Assembly (NCBI GenBank): GCA_033763315.1
Contig: JANRKS010000007.1
Coordinates: forward strand, 96,001-160,000
Length of the DNA: 64,000 nt
Source of the DNA: Deltaproteobacteria bacterium
Lineage (GTDB): Bacteria; Myxococcota_A; Polyangia; Fen-1088
Reading direction: 5' to 3'
The translations under genes and the position numbers were made by a program. The notes under the pieces were generated by a model. It worked only from the letters and a program-made list of their open reading frames with translations, searched no databases and was not told where the DNA came from. How positions within the stretch are numbered: the stretch's first letter is position 1; each line of letters begins with the position of its first letter. Shown one piece after another: positions 49,603 through 59,838 of the stretch.

Positions 49603-50817
49603 CTAGCTACCGCAAGTGATCGGGCGGAAGACCCAGCGCAGCTGGTCGCCGATCCACAATGCCCACGTTTGGTCGCTGTGGCCGAAGGAAGTAATTAGAA
49701 GTTGATGATCAATGCTCTTGGTAGTCATCGCGTTATGTACTTCCTTATTGACGTCGAGCCACGTGGCGGCACACTGAGACTTGTCGATATCGCCGCCCGG
49801 CTCGGTTCCAGAGCAGCCGGCCGCTATGCGGTCGGGGATTGATCCATAGATATCGCACTTGCCAACCGACATGGAGAACCGCACGCCCTTGGCGGCCGAA
49901 CCCTTGATCATGGTGGCGTAGCCATCGTTCGAATTGCCGGCCTTCGGCATAAAGCACACGTAGCTGCCACTGCCCGTGATGGCGTTGGCCACAACGGTGG
50001 GGTTATCCCAAACCACGTCGAACACCACGGCACCCGAGGTGCTCTGCCCGGCGATCACATGCCATTTCGCATCCATCGACACCTTGGGGTACTTGGCTTT
50101 CACGGCCGACAAGGCTGATGAAAAAGTGTTTTTCGCCGTGGCACCAGCCCCCGGGTCATTAATGTTCGTTCCCGAGAACACCAGAATCAGCGGCGGGATC
50201 TCCTTGGTGTTGATCAGGTTATCCAGCAACGTCTGCCATTTGTAGTCGCCGCTTGTGGGGTTCGCGAAGTTGCCGAACACCACGCCGAAGGCCACTTTGC
50301 CGTCAGCCGCAGCCGCGTATTGGCTGGGCACGTAGTAGGGAGAGCCGATGTCGTTTTTGATCTCGCCCTTCGGAGCAGTGCTGGGCGACTTGGCGGGATC
50401 GTTTTTCTGCTCCGCCATCTTGAGGCTTTCGGAGTCGTACTGCCCGCTCCACGTCATGGGTCGCAACGTCTTGGACGTGCACCATTTCGGCGCGTCGCCC
50501 GAGACAACCACCATGCCGCCGGTGCCTGGCGCACCACCGCCCATGCCGCCCGTGCCACCGCCGCCCGCGCCGGCTTGCGATCCACCGCTGGCGCTGCCAC
50601 CGCTGCCGTTGCCACCCATGGCCGAGGACGAGCCACCTTTGCCGCCCATGGTGCTGCTGCCGCCGCCGTCGCCGCCTGATTCCTCGCCACCAGCGCCGCC
50701 GCCGGCTTCGCCGCCGCCGCCATCGCCGTTGCTGCCACCACCACCACAGGCCCACGCAACGATGGCGAGCCCCGCTACAAACGATGTTTTGCTCAAGATA
50801 AGGCGACGGAACTTCAT
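49603..50817 (-). CDS. Lipoprotein with Gly-rich linker and esterase-like alpha/beta hydrolase
   Basis: AWAC lipobox, YYVPSQY, LDNLI..KEIPP, GQSTSG and GH...W...LRWVF. GGAG RBS. Confidence 0.65.
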   Translation of the reverse strand: MKFRRLILSKTSFVAGLAIVAWACGGGGSNGDGGGGEAGGGAGGEESGGDGGGSSTMGGKGGSSSAMGGNGSGGSASGGSQAGAGGGGTGGMGGGAPGTGGMVVVSGDAPKWCTSKTLRPMTWSGQYDSESLKMAEQKNDPAKSPSTAPKGEIKNDIGSPYYVPSQYAAAADGKVAFGVVFGNFANPTSGDYKWQTLLDNLINTKEIPPLILVFSGTNINDPGAGATAKNTFSSALSAVKAKYPKVSMDAKWHVIAGQSTSGAVVFDVVWDNPTVVANAITGSGSYVCFMPKAGNSNDGYATMIKGSAAKGVRFSMSVGKCDIYGSIPDRIAAGCSGTEPGGDIDKSQCAATWLDVNKEVHNAMTTKSIDHQLLITSFGHSDQTWALWIGDQLRWVFRPITCGS

Positions 50818-50991
50818 ATCGGTTCTCCTAAGTCGAGGCGCATCAAGAGACGCGGCAAAGTCCAAAAAACGGTTCCCAACTATACCTAAGACTTCGCTTG
50901 GGGTTGTAAAGCTTGTGCGCAAAATGCGGCAATCACGCCAAAAACACGCACTTAGATGCGCCCGGCGTGATCCGCAAGACATAACCAATCG

Positions 50992-53052
50992 TCAGATGTC
51001 GGCGTGCGCCATCACGAACTTGTTGTTCTGGTCATGGATAACCTTGAAGGTGCCCCGCGCCTCCGTTGGCAGCAGGCTCACCAAACGGCTTTGCCGCGCG
51101 CGTTCGAAGATAAAGAACACGCGACGGCCCCGGTGGCGATCGAGCCACGTTTGTAGATCTTGATCGGCGTTTCCGGTGTCGAACACGGCGCGATCTTCTT
51201 TGGGCCCTTCGTAGATTTCGTTCTTCGTATAAAACGTTTCGCCACGCCAATACATCATGTAGGCCACCAAGCGCTCTTCGGGCGAACGGCGCGTGGCGTA
51301 GTAAGCGCCGATCGGATCTTTTTGCGTCCAATAGGGCGTGACGCCTTTCATATAGACGTCGAGCAGAAAGTACGTGAACAACACCGAGGACAGACACAGC
51401 AATGCCAAGCCCGCTGTCTGCACACGCCGCCAACACAACAGCAGGGCCGCCACGGCGAACGTCGCGCAAAACACGGCAATAGGCGTCGTGAAGTTCAACT
51501 GCGAGGGCCACGGACGGCCCACGGGGCTGTGGACGTAATCGTAATTAAACAGCCACAAAAACAGCTCGGCGTTGTGAGGCGCTTTCGTCAGATCATACGT
51601 CACCAGCGCCAACAGCGGTAAGCCCACAAGCACCGTCAAGCGCATGGTACGCACGTCCTTGCGCCGAAGCACATCGTCCAGGAAGCAGCCAACCACGATG
51701 GCAAGTCCGGGCAGCGCGGGCAGCACATAGTGGTGGAACTTCGTCATCGATAAGGAAACAACGCCATAAGCCGCCACGAACCAGATCGCGCCCAACAGAT
51801 AAACGCCTTGGCGGCGTTGAGCAACAGGTGTTGTCTCGGGAGAGCGGCGCCCCACGAGCGCAGCCAACGCCGCCGGTGCAAGCACCAACCACGGCAATAG
51901 CGCGTATCCCAGTTGCAGCAAGAAATACTCGAACGTGCCGCGATCGCCGTGGCGTCCCAGCACCATGCGACGCCAGTGGTTGTCGCCGAACAATTCGTTC
52001 CAAAACTCCCAGCCGTGCCGAATGATCATGGCGTGGTGCCAAGGCGCCGCCACCAACACCACGGCCAAGATGGAAACCAGGATTGCGGGCAGCAGTTGTG
52101 CACGGCGCAAGCGTTTCCAATTCCACGTGAAGGCCAGATACGCCACGAACACGATGATGGGCAAACCAAGGCCGGCCAGCCCTTTCGCCAAGACCGCCAA
52201 GCCACACAACATCGCGGCCAGATAAAAATAAAGTGGCGCCTTGTAACGCGCGCGTGCGGCCAGGAACAAGAACATCAATGAACCCACGTAGTAGGGGATC
52301 ATCGCGACGGCGCCGTAGACCATCAAGCGCTTGCCACCCCACAACGCCAAACGGAACTTGAGCTGCACCGAATCAACCCACAGTTGAGGCAGGACAAGCA
52401 GCAAGAACACACCAACCGTGATGTAAAACAGGCGGTGCGCTGGATACGTGAGCATGCCCTGGCCACGCCGCGGCAGCATTTCGTCTTGGTCATCGAACAA
52501 TGCCAACGCAGCCAGGCTCAACGCGAGCACCATCGGGCCAACGAATGGCATATCCGTCATCGCTTGCCGCGCGATCAATGAGAACATCGGCGAGGTGGCG
52601 AGCACCAAAGTGGAAAGCACAGCGGCACGACGGTTCACGAACCGCGAGACCACGAGATAAACGCCCACCAGCGCCATCGCGGCTGCGAACGCCATCGGTA
52701 CGCGCATCGCCCATTCGGCGCGCGTGCCAAGCGCCATCTCTGACGGGGCACCGCCTCGCAAACCTATACCGGCCACGTGCATCGCCAAGCTCAAGATCCA
52801 GAACGTCAGCACCGGCTTTGACCAGAACACGTCGGGATCGCGCGGGGAGCCTGGCCACCACAGCGAGATGAAGTCGCTTCGGTAAGTCATCTGGCGCGCC
52901 ACCTCGCCGTAGTGGGTTTCCCACGGATCCCAAAGGCCGTAGCTGCCTGCGAACGGCACGTAGAGCAGCAGGGCAAAGGCAATGACCGCCATCACCATTT
53001 GGCGATCGGAGAAGCGATCGAGCCACCCTTGTTTCGCGAGATCGGTGGTCAT
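50992..53052 (-). CDS. ArnT/PMT-like membrane glycosyltransferase (GT39/GT83)
   Basis: LWDPWETHYGEVARQM, SKPVLTFW, LAVLAKG, TKFHHYVLP and many TM helices. Confidence 0.85.
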   Translation of the reverse strand: MTTDLAKQGWLDRFSDRQMVMAVIAFALLLYVPFAGSYGLWDPWETHYGEVARQMTYRSDFISLWWPGSPRDPDVFWSKPVLTFWILSLAMHVAGIGLRGGAPSEMALGTRAEWAMRVPMAFAAAMALVGVYLVVSRFVNRRAAVLSTLVLATSPMFSLIARQAMTDMPFVGPMVLALSLAALALFDDQDEMLPRRGQGMLTYPAHRLFYITVGVFLLLVLPQLWVDSVQLKFRLALWGGKRLMVYGAVAMIPYYVGSLMFLFLAARARYKAPLYFYLAAMLCGLAVLAKGLAGLGLPIIVFVAYLAFTWNWKRLRRAQLLPAILVSILAVVLVAAPWHHAMIIRHGWEFWNELFGDNHWRRMVLGRHGDRGTFEYFLLQLGYALLPWLVLAPAALAALVGRRSPETTPVAQRRQGVYLLGAIWFVAAYGVVSLSMTKFHHYVLPALPGLAIVVGCFLDDVLRRKDVRTMRLTVLVGLPLLALVTYDLTKAPHNAELFLWLFNYDYVHSPVGRPWPSQLNFTTPIAVFCATFAVAALLLCWRRVQTAGLALLCLSSVLFTYFLLDVYMKGVTPYWTQKDPIGAYYATRRSPEERLVAYMMYWRGETFYTKNEIYEGPKEDRAVFDTGNADQDLQTWLDRHRGRRVFFIFERARQSRLVSLLPTEARGTFKVIHDQNNKFVMAHADI

Positions 53053-53280
53053 GGGCGGGTTGGCTTGGGCGAGGTGTAACTCACGGGGAGCAACGTTTAC
53101 CACCACCGCGGCTTCGCTTAAAGCCCCAACGCAGCGCGCTTTTGACGCCCGCTTCGAAAAGAACGACGCCCGGAGCACCGGCGTTCGCCGACGATCCGTT
53201 CACCGCTTTGCGCGTGCCCGCAGACACGGCGCCTTGAGACGGAAGCTCACCCACCGGCGACACCGCAAACCAACACTTCG

Positions 53281-53493
53281 CCCTTGCACCTTGGGTGCCG
53301 CCGGCCACACTCCTGCCCGCCCCCCACAACCATCCCTGTGTGACGGCAGCTCAAACCACCACCCCAGCACCACCAACTTCATGTGGGCCGCCCCCCGCAT
53401 CACCGACCCGCCGGCGCCCTTCCCCTGCACCCCTGCACCAGGCCCGCGCCCCCCGCCCGACCGACACCACCCGATACACCTAACCCCTGCACC
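53281..53493. repeat. C-rich intergenic tract with four CCC(C/T)TGCACC motifs
   Basis: Copies start at 53281, 53422, 53430 and 53484. Confidence 0.55.
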
Positions 53494-53577
53494 GGCTGCC
53501 GTGCGCCCCGCCCGCCTCGGGCGAAGACATTCGTCAGGCGACGTAACGTTCTTTAGACATTTTTCACAATTTTCGTC

Positions 53578-54807
53578 ATGGCTTCGTTTCCCACGGCTCC
53601 CGTTCTGACACTGCGCAAGGCTTTGGGCCGCGCGTTGGCCCAAGGTCACCCGTGGGTCTACCGGCAAGCCTTGGCCAGCCCCCCCCGTTTGCCGTCAGGA
53701 TCCTTGGTGATGCTCACCGAAGCGCAGAACGCGGCGCCTTTGGCCTGGGGCTTTTGGGACGCCGAATCCACCATCGCCGTGCGTGTGCTTGGTATGGGGC
53801 CGGTGATGGCCGCCCCCCAGCTGGGCCCCGAGATCAAAGCGCGTCTTGAGCATGCGCTGGCGCGACGGTTGGATCGGTTGGCGCCCGAACGAACGAATGC
53901 GTTTCGTTGGGTGCATGGTGAGGCCGATGCGCTGCCGGGCATCCACGTCGACGTGTATGGCCACCACGCCACCATTCGGTACGACGGCGCGGGTGCGCAC
54001 GCGTTTTATGGCGAACAGTTGGCGTTGCCCGAGCTGCTCGTCACGGCCGGGCAAGCCGTGCCGATCTCCGCCGTGGTGGCGCGCCGAAGGCGTGGGCAGC
54101 CTGAACTCACCGGCGCCACGGCCGAGCCTTTCGTGGTTCGCGAAAATGGTTTGCAATTCATGGTGGATCTTGTGCACGGGCAAAAAGGCGGCCTGTTTTT
54201 AGATCAGCGCGAAAACCGCGCGCGTTTGGCCGATCTGTGTGCAGGCAAGCGCGTCTTAAACTTGTTCGGATACACAGGTGCGTTCTCCGTTTACGCCGCC
54301 GCGGCGGGCGCGGCGTGGACCGACACGGTGGATGTCGCCGCACCTGCGATGGCGGCGGCACGCAAGAACTTTGAGCTCAACGGGCTGGCCTTAGATTGTG
54401 CAGGCTTTCACGCTGAAGACGCGTTCGCCTTCTTGGAACGAGCGATCAATGCCAAGGAAACGTGGGACGTGGTGATCACCGATCCGCCGAGTTTTGCCCC
54501 CAACGAAAAGTCACTGGACACGGCGCTCGCGGCTTACCGACGGCTTCACGCGCTGGCATGCAAAGTGGTGGCGCCCGGTGGCTTGTTGGCCGCAGCGTCG
54601 TGTTCAAGCCACGTAAATCGCAAGCTGTTCTTAGACACCGTCACGAACGGCGCCGGGGCCGCCGCCAAGCGCTTCGAGCTCGAGTTCTTTGCAGGCGCAG
54701 GCTTCGACCATCCGGTGATCGCCGGTTTCCCTGAAGGCGACTATCTCAAATTTGCGTTAGGCCGCGTGGTTGACGCGAGCCGCTCCACACAGATGCCAAG
54801 GCTCTAA
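53578..54807 (+). CDS. RlmI-family rRNA methyltransferase
   Basis: PUA-like GHPWVY, HGEADALPG, GQKGGLFLDQRENR, VLNLFGYTG, DPPSF, SCS and YLK. Confidence 0.85.
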   Translation: MASFPTAPVLTLRKALGRALAQGHPWVYRQALASPPRLPSGSLVMLTEAQNAAPLAWGFWDAESTIAVRVLGMGPVMAAPQLGPEIKARLEHALARRLDRLAPERTNAFRWVHGEADALPGIHVDVYGHHATIRYDGAGAHAFYGEQLALPELLVTAGQAVPISAVVARRRRGQPELTGATAEPFVVRENGLQFMVDLVHGQKGGLFLDQRENRARLADLCAGKRVLNLFGYTGAFSVYAAAAGAAWTDTVDVAAPAMAAARKNFELNGLALDCAGFHAEDAFAFLERAINAKETWDVVITDPPSFAPNEKSLDTALAAYRRLHALACKVVAPGGLLAAASCSSHVNRKLFLDTVTNGAGAAAKRFELEFFAGAGFDHPVIAGFPEGDYLKFALGRVVDASRSTQMPRL

Positions 54808-54811
54808 AACA

Positions 54812-55801
54812 ATGGCCACCCCACAGAAAATAAACACCATCCCCGCTGTGGCGGGCGAAACGTTGGCGGCTGCCTTGCGTGCGGTGTTGACCGATCACAG
54901 CTGGTCGCAAGTCAAGCAGATGTGCACCAGCGGCAAAGTGAAAGTGGATGACGGCCTCTGCTTGGATCCTGCCTACCGCTTGCAAGGCACTGAGGCGATC
55001 TCGCTGCAAATGAACGCGCCTCGGCGCGATCGCAACAAGCCCGCTGCCGAAATCCTGTTCGAAGATCAACACTTGGTGGTGATCAATAAGCCTGAAGACG
55101 TTTCGACGGTGCCTTGGGATAAAAAGGAAAGCGGCACGGCGCTCGATCTCATTCGCGAAGCGTGGCGGTTGCAAAAGCGCGCTGCCACGCAAACGCCGCT
55201 GCTGGTCGTTCATCGGTTGGACAAAGACACATCCGGTGTTTTGGTGTTTGCCAAATCGAAGTTGAGTGAGCGCGGGTTGCACCAGGTGTTCAAAAGCCAC
55301 GAGGCGGAACGCGAATATGTGGCGGTGGCCCACGGCACAGTCAGGCGACGCACGTTTTCATCGTCGTTGGTGGAGGATCGCGGCGATGGGCTGCGTGGCA
55401 GCACGCGCTTCGAGGACCAAGGGCGGCACGCCATCACGCACGTATTGGCAAGCCACGTCAATGCCTTGCGACCGGGGCTCACCACAGGACGCGCCGATGG
55501 CGGCACCATCAGCCGTTGCCGCGTGAAGCTTGAAACGGGGCGCACCCACCAAATTCGCATCCACTTCGCTGAAGCCGGTCACCCGTTGGTGGGTGAAACC
55601 GTTTACGTGCGCGACTTTCGTCGCGATGGCTACGAGATCTTGCCCGCCGATCGGCTGCTGTTGCACGCCGAAACGTTGGCGTTCGCGCACCCGATCACGA
55701 ACCGCCCCTTGGCCTTTTCCGCGCGGCCACCTGCGTCTTACGAAGCCTTGTGGCGGAACTTGACGGGCAAAGATTTCGCGCCCGATTCACCGTCGCTTTA
55801 A
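54812..55801 (+). CDS. RluA/RluD-family pseudouridine synthase
   Basis: S4-like N-terminus, INKP, HRLDKDTSG, TGRTHQIR and LLHA. Confidence 0.9.
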   Translation: MATPQKINTIPAVAGETLAAALRAVLTDHSWSQVKQMCTSGKVKVDDGLCLDPAYRLQGTEAISLQMNAPRRDRNKPAAEILFEDQHLVVINKPEDVSTVPWDKKESGTALDLIREAWRLQKRAATQTPLLVVHRLDKDTSGVLVFAKSKLSERGLHQVFKSHEAEREYVAVAHGTVRRRTFSSSLVEDRGDGLRGSTRFEDQGRHAITHVLASHVNALRPGLTTGRADGGTISRCRVKLETGRTHQIRIHFAEAGHPLVGETVYVRDFRRDGYEILPADRLLLHAETLAFAHPITNRPLAFSARPPASYEALWRNLTGKDFAPDSPSL

Positions 55802-55824
55802 CGCTTGTGATAGCTTGCGGGCCC

Positions 55825-57174
55825 ATGCCCGGCACATCTGTTCTTGATCGAGCACGTCTGAAAGCCTACAAGCGGTTGGTTCCGCTGGTGTTTATCTCGT
55901 ACGTCGTTGCGTATGTTGATCGCTCCAACGTGTCCATCGCCAAGTTGACGATGGAGCAGGATCTCCCGGGCTTTGACAACCACGTGTTTGGGTTCGGAGC
56001 GGGGGTGTTCTTCCTGGGCTACTTCTTGCTGGAAATTCCGGGCAGCTTACTCGTCGAGAAGTGGAGCGCGCGCAAGTGGATCAGCCGCATTATGGTGACG
56101 TGGGGCTTGTTGGCGGCGTGCACGGCGCTGGTCAAAACGCCAAACCAGTTTTACATCGTGCGGTTCTTATTGGGCTTGGCGGAAGCGGGGTTCTTTCCGG
56201 GCGTGATCGTGTATCTGACCCACTGGTTCACAAGCCGCGATCGTGCGCGCGCGCTGGCTTATTTCTTTGCGGCGGCTTCGATCGCCCAGATCACAAGCCC
56301 TAAGCTCTCCAACCTGCTGATGAAGATCGGCACGTCCGAAACCATCAACGGTGTTTTGGTGACGCACCCCATGATCTGGGGCCTCAAAGGCTGGCAGTGG
56401 GTCTACATCGCTTGGGGCATTCCCTCGGTGGTGTTGGGTGTGGTCTTGCTGTTCATGTTGACCGATCGGCCGCGGGAGGCGAAGTGGCTGACAAAGGAAG
56501 AGCAAGAAGCCTTAGAGCTTGCGCTTGAGGAAGAGCGCGCCGCGCGCCCCGCGCACATGCACCACATGAGCGTGTGGAAGGCGCTCACCAACCCGCGGGT
56601 GCTGATGTTGGCCGCCGTTTACTTTTGTTCAACCACAGCAAACTATGGTGTTGAATTTTTCATGCCCACGATCTTGCAAGCGTGGTACGGCATGAACCGC
56701 GGCACCGTCACGTCGTTGATCATCATTCCGCAAACGGTGTTGCTGTTCGTGCAACTGTTTGTGGGCTGGAACTCTGACCGCACGCGCGAGCGATGGTGGC
56801 ACACGGCAACACCGATTCTCGTGGGTGGCGCCGCCATGGCGTTGGCGCCGTGGTCCGGAGGCCAACTGTGGTTTACGATGCTGTTGCTCACGCTTGGCAT
56901 GTCGGGCTTTCGTGGCCACATGCCGGCGTTCTGGTCGCTGCCTTCGCTGTTTTTGACGGAAGCCGCCGCCGCCGGCAGCATTGGTCTCATTAACTCGGTG
57001 GGCAACCTGGGTGGCTTCTTAGGGCCGTACGTGATGGGAACCGTGCAAACGAAAACCGGCTCGTTCGCTGGCGGTATTTACTTTCTTTGCTTCTGCGCGG
57101 GCACGGCGGGCGTGATCATGTTGATCATGCGACACCTGCACCGGCGCGATCTGGCACGCGCCCGTGCAAGTTGA
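55825..57174 (+). CDS. MFS transporter, anion:cation symporter (tartrate/4-HPA permease-like)
   Basis: YVDRSN, GYFLLEIP, RFLLGLAEAGFFPG, GWQW and INSVGNLGGF.GP. Confidence 0.9.
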   Translation: MPGTSVLDRARLKAYKRLVPLVFISYVVAYVDRSNVSIAKLTMEQDLPGFDNHVFGFGAGVFFLGYFLLEIPGSLLVEKWSARKWISRIMVTWGLLAACTALVKTPNQFYIVRFLLGLAEAGFFPGVIVYLTHWFTSRDRARALAYFFAAASIAQITSPKLSNLLMKIGTSETINGVLVTHPMIWGLKGWQWVYIAWGIPSVVLGVVLLFMLTDRPREAKWLTKEEQEALELALEEERAARPAHMHHMSVWKALTNPRVLMLAAVYFCSTTANYGVEFFMPTILQAWYGMNRGTVTSLIIIPQTVLLFVQLFVGWNSDRTRERWWHTATPILVGGAAMALAPWSGGQLWFTMLLLTLGMSGFRGHMPAFWSLPSLFLTEAAAAGSIGLINSVGNLGGFLGPYVMGTVQTKTGSFAGGIYFLCFCAGTAGVIMLIMRHLHRRDLARARAS

Positions 57175-57187
57175 TTGCGAGGGCTCG

Positions 57188-59659
57188 CTAGATCATCGGT
57201 GGATCCATCTCGCGCTCATGATGGCGATGTCTTGCAATCGCCTCCACGAACGTTGGCAAGGCCTTGTCTGCGGCCACGTCTCGCCCCAGCAGCAGGCCTG
57301 GGTCAGGGTTGCCGGAAGGCAAAGTGGCGGGAACACCCGCGGCTTGCACCAAATCACAACCAGCACCCAACGCCAGGATGGGTTTGGCGTGGCGGTACTG
57401 GTCCTTGATGAATTCAAGCGCGTGCCCTACGCGGCCCAGCAACGTGCTGGCCGCTTTGCCATCGGGCACCACAAGCGCGTCGAACAACACGCTGGGCATG
57501 GTTTCGAATGTCACCTCCACCTGCAGCGAACCGCCTTCTTCCGTTGTGACCGAGCCAAGGCGCGGCCCCACGTAACGCGGCACTGCGCCTTGTTCAGTCA
57601 GCGCGGCGTGGATGGATGTCACGGTGTCACCGCGGATGCCATCGGCGACCATGATGGCCACCCGTCTCGTCGCGATGCCGGTCTGGCCAGGCGAGGTGTA
57701 AAGCGACAAGGCAGGTGAAGCTTGCACTTCAGACTTCACCGGGCGCTTTAACACCTTCGGCATGGGGGCAGGCAACGCCATACCGAGGCCGGCGGCCACA
57801 CTCTTGCCAAGGTTTGCATCTACGTTGAGCAGCATCGACACAACGCGCTCGCGCACGGCAGGCGTTTGCACCTTGGTGAGCTCGAAGCGGAACGCACGAA
57901 TGATGTGAGCTTTCTCGACGGCAGATTGGCTGTTGTAGAACAACGTGGCTTGGCTGTAGTGGTCAGCGAAGCGCTCTGGTTTGCCGCGCACCTTATCGTC
58001 ATCAATGGGCTCGCGGAACGAGGTGAAGCCCATCTTGCCTGCTTGGAAAGGGCAACCACCGCCGAGCGAGTTTGGCTCGTACGCCACGCGCCCGCGGTTG
58101 ATCGCCTGCCGGTGCATGCCATCGCGGTTGTTGTTGTGCACCTGCCGCACGGACGCGTTGATGGGGATCTCATGAAAGTTGGGCCCGCCCAAACGCGAGA
58201 TCTGCGTGTCTTGGTACGAATGAATGCGGCCGGCAAGCAAAGGATCGTTCGAGAAATCGATGCCGGGCACCACGTGGGCGGCACAGAACGCCACTTGTTC
58301 GGTTTCGGCGAAAAAATTGTCGGGGTTGCGGTTGAGCACCATCTTGCCCACCGGCGTAAGCGGCACAAGTTCCTCCGGCACCAGCTTGGTGGCGTCGAGC
58401 ACGTCGAAACTGAACGACTCCGCTTGCGCCTCTGAGAACATCTGAAAGCTCAGCTCGAACTCCGGGTAGGCGCCGGCTTCGATGGCTTCCCACAAGTCAC
58501 GGCGGTGAAAGTCGGGATCGGCGCCGCAGATCTTCACGGCTTCATCCCAATCGAGCGAATGGGTGCCCGCCAGAGGCCGCCAGTGAAATTTCACGAAGGT
58601 GGCTTTGCCGTTGGCGTCGATGAGACGGAAGGTATGAACGCCGAACCCATCCATCATGCGATAGCTGCGGGGTATCGCGCGGTCCGACATGGCCCACAAC
58701 AACATGTGCGTGGACTCCGGCATCAACGAGACAAAATCCCAGAACGTATCGTGCGCTGTGGCGGCCTGGGGCATGGCGAAGTGCGGCTCTGGCTTCGCGG
58801 CGTGGACCAAGTCCGGGAACTTCATGGCGTCTTGAATGAAGAACACGGGAATGTTGTTGCCCACCAAATCCCAGTTGCCCTCGTCCGTATAGAATTTCAC
58901 GGCAAAACCACGCACGTCACGGACGGTGTCAGCCGAACCACGTTCGCCAACGACGGTGGAAAATCGCGCGAACACCGGCGTTCGCTTGCCGGCTTCCGCA
59001 AAGATGGAAGCGCGAGTAACCGAGGCCATCGACTTGTAACATTCGAAATAACCATGGGCCGCTGAGCCCCGCGCGTGCACAACACGTTCAGGAATGCGCT
59101 CGTGATCAAACTGCGTGATCTTCTCGCGCAAGATAAAATCTTCAAGTAAGGCAGGACCGCGCAAGCCCGCCTTGAGAGAGTTTTGGTTGTCAGCGACGGG
59201 AACGCCTTGATTGGTCGTTAATATTTGATCGGTGGAATCCGTGCGCACACGATCAAGCGGCAGATTGCCGGGATTGAAACTGAGGGTCACGTCGCCCGAA
59301 CCCACCTTGGTAGAGGACGTCTCTTCGGTGAGCGTGCTGCCCAACACGCGTGGGTGAGGCGCCTTGGCTGTGGCACCCGTTTGGGGATCGTTCGAGGCTT
59401 TGCCGTGCTCGCCCGCCTTGTTTGGATTGAACGGCATGGCAGCGGCGAGTTCATTCACGCCTTGCATTTTCTCCAGGTACGCATCGCCCGCGGCTTGGCC
59501 AGCATCGCTGCGTGCGGGTCCACTAACCGTTGCCCGCGCGCTGGTCGCTGCCGCCGCCGCTTTGCCACTCGTGTTTTGCGGTGGCCGCTTGGTTGACGTC
59601 TTCGTCGCTGCCGCTGCCTTTGTTGCCACCTTCTTGCTCGCCATTTTCTTCGTCGCCAT
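57188..59659 (-). CDS. katE: Large-subunit catalase HPII
   Basis: [40 protein letters not shown] and a C-terminal DJ-1-like domain. Confidence 0.95.
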   Translation of the reverse strand: MATKKMASKKVATKAAAATKTSTKRPPQNTSGKAAAAATSARATVSGPARSDAGQAAGDAYLEKMQGVNELAAAMPFNPNKAGEHGKASNDPQTGATAKAPHPRVLGSTLTEETSSTKVGSGDVTLSFNPGNLPLDRVRTDSTDQILTTNQGVPVADNQNSLKAGLRGPALLEDFILREKITQFDHERIPERVVHARGSAAHGYFECYKSMASVTRASIFAEAGKRTPVFARFSTVVGERGSADTVRDVRGFAVKFYTDEGNWDLVGNNIPVFFIQDAMKFPDLVHAAKPEPHFAMPQAATAHDTFWDFVSLMPESTHMLLWAMSDRAIPRSYRMMDGFGVHTFRLIDANGKATFVKFHWRPLAGTHSLDWDEAVKICGADPDFHRRDLWEAIEAGAYPEFELSFQMFSEAQAESFSFDVLDATKLVPEELVPLTPVGKMVLNRNPDNFFAETEQVAFCAAHVVPGIDFSNDPLLAGRIHSYQDTQISRLGGPNFHEIPINASVRQVHNNNRDGMHRQAINRGRVAYEPNSLGGGCPFQAGKMGFTSFREPIDDDKVRGKPERFADHYSQATLFYNSQSAVEKAHIIRAFRFELTKVQTPAVRERVVSMLLNVDANLGKSVAAGLGMALPAPMPKVLKRPVKSEVQASPALSLYTSPGQTGIATRRVAIMVADGIRGDTVTSIHAALTEQGAVPRYVGPRLGSVTTEEGGSLQVEVTFETMPSVLFDALVVPDGKAASTLLGRVGHALEFIKDQYRHAKPILALGAGCDLVQAAGVPATLPSGNPDPGLLLGRDVAADKALPTFVEAIARHRHHEREMDPPMI

Positions 59660-59838
59660 CTTTGCTCCCGTGAACCGTCACCAACTGCCAACAGACGTTG
59701 GCGTGCGGTACCACAGCAAACGACGGGCCAGCGAAAGGCTAACTCTGAATTGTGCGCATGGCGGGCACGCGTTACGCGGATTGCCGCGACACCGATGTCA
59801 CGTTACGCGTGGGCCCCAGGGCTCCCCGCTAAGAACGA

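Noticed and set aside
50500-50750. GGC-rich repetitive DNA, also near 2660-2740 and 14600-14700
   Set aside because: It is explained by Gly-rich linkers of lipoproteins and is not an independent repeat element.
50847-50877. ECF-sigma-like GGAACC...CGTC upstream of the esterase lipoprotein
   Set aside because: The spacer is longer than the usual 16-17 nt, so support is insufficient.
53190-53275. c-di-GMP-I riboswitch idea based on GCAAA motifs
   Set aside because: The required P1/P2/P3 pairing could not be built by eye.
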